Source of the DNA: an uncultured Planctomycetia bacterium
GTDB lineage: Bacteria > Omnitrophota > Gorgyraeia > 2-02-FULL-51-18 > JAGOUK01
Length of the DNA stretch: 64,000 nucleotides
Reading direction: 5' to 3'
Assembly: GCA_964430735.1 (NCBI GenBank)
Contig: CAYSFB010000006.1
Location: forward strand, 12,089-76,088
Shown here: positions 60,685 to 64,000 of the stretch, one piece after another
Numbering within the stretch: the stretch's first letter is position 1
Layout of the letters: every line of letters begins with the position of its first letter
The notes under the pieces: model-generated
The model's database searches: none
What the model was told of the DNA's origin: nothing
The model's input: only the letters and a program-made list of their open reading frames with translations
Position numbers and translations under genes: made by a program

Positions 60685-62270
60685 AAAAAACCGATTATCC
60701 GGTCCTGAAGTTCCGATATCAGAGCGTCATCCTGTCGCTTCTGATCGGGCTTTCGCTTACCGTTTATTTTTATTTCCAAGCTTACCGCCTCGAATCCGAA
60801 GCGATCTCGGCCCAGGTCAAAAATTACACGCTCGACGTGCGCCGGACCATCGAATCCGACGCGCAGAAAAACCTGAGCACGCTGAGCGCGCTCCGGAGCT
60901 TTTTTGCCGCCGCACGCGGCGTTGACGCGGCCGAGTTCGGCATTTTTACCGAGCACCTTTTCAATCTGTATCCGACCATCGAAACGCTCGAATGGGTTCC
61001 CCGGGTGCTCAAAGAGGACGTGCCGGCCTTCAAGGCATCGGCGCGCAAGGCCGGCGTTTCCGACCCATTCCTTTACCGTCTCGGCAAAAACGGATCTCCG
61101 GAACCCGCCAAAGACAAAAAAGAATACTTTGTGACGTTGTATGCCGAGCCCTTCGAGACCAGCGCCTTCGTCATCGGGTATGACCACGTGTCGGATCCCG
61201 TGCGGGAAGCCGCCATGCTCCGAGCCGCCGATATCGACGACATTTTTGCGACCAGCATCCTTAAGATCCAGCGACTCAGTTCCGAAGGGCAGGATTCCTT
61301 CCGCGGGTTCGTGGTGTATTTGCCGGTGTTCGCTTCCGACGCTTCGCGCCGGCATTCGCCCCGCCCCGCCCAGCTGCTCAAAGGATATCTGGCGGCGGTG
61401 TTCCGCGCCGACGAGTTCGTGCGCGCGTCGATCGGACGCTTCCATTCTTCCGACGTCGAGATCCGGGTGTCCGCCGCCGATGCGGCCGCGGACGGTTCCT
61501 GGATCGAGCTGGTCCGCTCCGGCGGTTCGACGTCCGCCGCGCCGTACATCGGCCGGATCGGTCCTGCCGAGCGGTTCACGCACCGGACCGAGTTCGACAT
61601 CGCCGGCCGCCGGTTCAAAGTCGAATGTGAGCGCCTGGAGAGGCCGTACGGAGCCGGCCATCGGACTTCGAGCGCACTCATCGCCGTGGGTGTCCTGAGT
61701 TCGATTCTTTTGGCGCTGGTGATGATTCTGATCGAGCGCCGCAAGGCGCAGGCGTTGGTGACGGAGTGGTCGGTGCGCGACGAGCTGACGGGACTTTACA
61801 ACCGGCGCGGGTTTTTGCTGTTTGGAGAAGAGCGGATGCGGCTGGCCCAGCGGAACCAGTCCGGGCTGTGGCTGGTCTGCACCGATCTGGATTACCTGAA
61901 GCGCATCAACGACACGTACGGCCACGCCGAGGGCGATAAGACGCTGGTCCGCGCCGCCAGGATCCTCAAAGAAGCGCTGCGCGAGTCCGACATCGTCGCC
62001 CGGATCGGAGGCGACGAATTTGCGGCGCTGGTGCAGGAATCCGACCCGGCGGGGATCGGTGGCATTCTCGAGCGGATCAACGCCGGAGTGCGTCAGGACG
62101 CGGAGCAGGGTCCGAAAGGCCGGGAAGTTTCGCTCAGCGTCGGGGCCGCGTACGGCCGGCCGGGCGATCCGGCGACGCTGGACGATTTTTTGAACCGCGC
62201 GGATCAGGAGCTGTATCGTGCGAAGTCGGCGCGGCCCGCTCAAGAGCGGCATCCCAAGCATCAGAGATAA
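60681..62270 (+). CDS. sensor diguanylate cyclase: periplasmic sensor (CHASE-like) domain, TM helix, GGDEF domain
   Basis: About 529 aa from MKKTDYPVLKF.... TM at both ends of the roughly 300-aa extracytoplasmic domain. RxGGDEF active site (ARIGGDEFAAL). Its ATG overlaps the MFS stop (ATGA). Confidence 0.8.
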   Translation: MKKTDYPVLKFRYQSVILSLLIGLSLTVYFYFQAYRLESEAISAQVKNYTLDVRRTIESDAQKNLSTLSALRSFFAAARGVDAAEFGIFTEHLFNLYPTIETLEWVPRVLKEDVPAFKASARKAGVSDPFLYRLGKNGSPEPAKDKKEYFVTLYAEPFETSAFVIGYDHVSDPVREAAMLRAADIDDIFATSILKIQRLSSEGQDSFRGFVVYLPVFASDASRRHSPRPAQLLKGYLAAVFRADEFVRASIGRFHSSDVEIRVSAADAAADGSWIELVRSGGSTSAAPYIGRIGPAERFTHRTEFDIAGRRFKVECERLERPYGAGHRTSSALIAVGVLSSILLALVMILIERRKAQALVTEWSVRDELTGLYNRRGFLLFGEERMRLAQRNQSGLWLVCTDLDYLKRINDTYGHAEGDKTLVRAARILKEALRESDIVARIGGDEFAALVQESDPAGIGGILERINAGVRQDAEQGPKGREVSLSVGAAYGRPGDPATLDDFLNRADQELYRAKSARPAQERHPKHQR

Positions 62271-62284
62271 AAGGAGAATGAATC

Positions 62285-63100
62285 ATGAAGCGTGAGCAGA
62301 ATCACATGCGGCCGGCCCTTGTCCTTTTGGCGGGCTTCTTGCTGGCCGCGGGTTCGGGGATGGCGCCGGCTCAGGCGGCGGTCGAGACGCGGACGGTGGA
62401 ATACCGGCAGGGCGATACCGTGCTCGAAGGATATTTGGCGCAGGACACGGCTTTGAGCGCGCTCCGGCCGGCGGTGATCGTGGTGCACGACTGGATGGGA
62501 TTGGGCGACCAGGCCAGGGAGACGGCCGTCAAGCTCACGGCGCTCGGCTATACGGCGCTGGCGGCGGACGTTTACGGCAAGGGGGTGCGGCCGCGAGATA
62601 CGCAGGAAGCGGGGACGCAGGCGACGCTTTATAAGAGCGACCGGGAGTTGATGCGCCGTCGGATCGTCGCGGCGTTTGAATACCTCAAGGCACAGCCGGG
62701 GGTGGATCCGGACCGGATCGCGGTGATCGGATACTGCTTCGGAGGGACTGTGGCGCTGGAGCTGGCTCGCAGCGGCGCTGGCGTGAAGAGCGCGGTGAGC
62801 TTCCATGGAGGGCTGGACGCACCGACCCCGTCGGCCGTCAACCCGATGAAGACCCGGATTCTGGCATTGCACGGAGCGGAAGATCCCTATGTACCTCAGG
62901 CCGAGGTGGAAGGCTTTGTGGGCGAGATGCGTTCGCTCGGCGCGGACTGGCAGCTGGTCGTGTACAGCGGCGCGGTGCACGCGTTTACGAATCCGTTGGC
63001 CGGCAACGACCCGTCAAAAGGCGTGGCGTATGATGCCAAGGCCGCCGCGCGCTCGTGGGAAGCCATGAAAGACTTCCTCGCCGAGACGCTGGCGGAATAA
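62285..63100 (+). CDS. dienelactone hydrolase-family protein, secreted
   Basis: 271 aa. Signal peptide. Nucleophile elbow GYCFGG. His in VHAFT. Confidence 0.8.
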   Translation: MKREQNHMRPALVLLAGFLLAAGSGMAPAQAAVETRTVEYRQGDTVLEGYLAQDTALSALRPAVIVVHDWMGLGDQARETAVKLTALGYTALAADVYGKGVRPRDTQEAGTQATLYKSDRELMRRRIVAAFEYLKAQPGVDPDRIAVIGYCFGGTVALELARSGAGVKSAVSFHGGLDAPTPSAVNPMKTRILALHGAEDPYVPQAEVEGFVGEMRSLGADWQLVVYSGAVHAFTNPLAGNDPSKGVAYDAKAAARSWEAMKDFLAETLAE

Positions 63101-63111
63101 CAGGGCTTCTT

Positions 63112-63594
63112 TTACGACTTCAAGAGACTGCGCAGCATCCAGGCGGTTTTTTCGTGGATCTGCAGCCGGCGCGTGAGCAGGTCGATTGTCGCCTGGTCAG
63201 AACCCTTTTCCGCCGCCGGAAAAATGGCGCGGGCTGTGCGGATCACCGCTTCCTGGCCCAGAACCAAGTCCCGAATCATCGCGACGTCTTCGAGGCGCCC
63301 GTCGCTTTCTTTGATGCTCGTGAGGCGTCCGTACTCGGCGTAAGAGCCGGGCGCACGTTCCCCGAGCGCGCGGATGCGTTCGGCCACTTCGTCGACGGCC
63401 AGCGCCAGTTCCGTATACTGCGTTTCGAACATGAGGTGCAGCGTCTGGAACATGGGACCGACGACGTTCCAGTGGTAGTTGTGGGTCTTCAAGTACAGCG
63501 TGTAAGTGTCCGCCAGAAGCGTCGACAGGCCTTTGGCGATTTCGACGCGCTGGGGTTCCGGGATTCCGATTTCGATGGGGGATGCGGGACTCAT
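63112..63594 (-). CDS. dps: DNA-binding ferritin-like protein Dps
   Basis: 160 aa. Ferroxidase-centre residues ([25 protein letters not shown]...DEVAERIR). Confidence 0.9.
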   Translation of the reverse strand: MSPASPIEIGIPEPQRVEIAKGLSTLLADTYTLYLKTHNYHWNVVGPMFQTLHLMFETQYTELALAVDEVAERIRALGERAPGSYAEYGRLTSIKESDGRLEDVAMIRDLVLGQEAVIRTARAIFPAAEKGSDQATIDLLTRRLQIHEKTAWMLRSLLKS

Positions 63595-63727
63595 GAGGAC
63601 CTCCTTTGGGACGGTTGCAAACCTAAAGTCATTATACGCCGTTCGTCCGGCCTTGAATCAAGCATAGCACCGGGTATATAATCGATCAAATCGATTAATG
63701 TTATTATCAAGATAGGTAAATACTATC

Positions 63728-64000
63728 ATGGAACTCCAGCAGCTCCGTTATGTCGCGGCCCTCGCCCGCGAACTTCATTTTGCCAAAGCCGCCCGAAAAA
63801 CGAACGTGTCCCAGCCGACCCTGAGCCAGCAGGTCAAAAAGCTCGAGAGTGAGCTGGGCACCGCGCTTTTTGAGCGGTCCCCCCGCCGCGTCCGTCTTAC
63901 CGATGCAGGAAAAAAATTCCTGCCGTATGCGCTGGAAGTGCTCGGTGCAGCGGAACGGGGTATTCAGGAGTTGAGCAGCCGCGAGGGCGAAGTGACCGGC
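63728..64000 (+). CDS. LysR-family transcriptional regulator, N-terminal part (OxyR-like by position; continues beyond window end)
   Basis: MELQQLRYVAALARELHFAKAARKTNVSQPTLSQQVKKLESELGTALFERSPRRVRLTDAGKKF (LysR HTH). Divergent from dps. Confidence 0.8.
   Translation, partial: MELQQLRYVAALARELHFAKAARKTNVSQPTLSQQVKKLESELGTALFERSPRRVRLTDAGKKFLPYALEVLGAAERGIQELSSREGEVTG

Overview
This 64 kb window is high-GC bacterial chromosome (roughly 60-65% GC, judged by eye) and it spans the replication-origin neighbourhood. Genes are densely packed, and several pairs overlap as ATGA or TGATG, where a stop codon shares bases with the next start codon. Coordinates follow the supplied ORF track; sites I indexed by hand (tRNAs, parS, DnaA boxes, promoter, terminators, repeats) may be off by 1-2 nt.

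The minus strand carries these genes:
- a TolC-like outer-membrane protein that runs off the window start;
- dxs, ispA, xseB, xseA and rny;
- genes for a 5-formyltetrahydrofolate cyclo-ligase, an Rrf2 regulator and a Fur-family regulator;
- a sulfur-assimilation and sulfur-carrier-protein cluster: a NIL-domain protein, a MoaD/ThiS-like protein ending GGAR, a ThrC-family enzyme, a 1216-aa secreted unknown protein, then cysM, a JAMM protease, cysH, cysN and cysD;
- rarA and the conserved operon thrS-infC-rpmI-rplT-pheS-pheT;
- three tRNAs (Val, Leu, Cys);
- split coaC and coaB, gmk, yicC and ndk;
- parB, parA, two palindromic parS sites, mnmG, yidC, yidD, rnpA and rpmH.

The plus strand carries these genes:
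- dnaA, dnaN, a DUF721 (DciA-like) gene, gyrB, gyrA and tRNA-Glu; recF and rsmG are absent;
- a giant 1931-aa secreted, internally triplicated protein with YD-repeat-like motifs, inserted between rpmH and dnaA, where oriC usually lies; a very AT-rich tract sits upstream of it and perfect DnaA boxes downstream;
- further right, genes for a class-A beta-lactamase-like protein, Ogt, a zinc-ribbon membrane protein, an aldo/keto reductase convergent with a type III polyketide synthase, OsmC, a type III glutamine synthetase, an MFS transporter overlapping a sensor diguanylate cyclase, a dienelactone hydrolase, Dps and a divergent LysR (OxyR-like) start.

I found no CRISPR array, transposase or integrase. 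The regions most worth follow-up are the two giant secreted proteins and the MoaD/JAMM/ThrC-like sulfur-transfer module.
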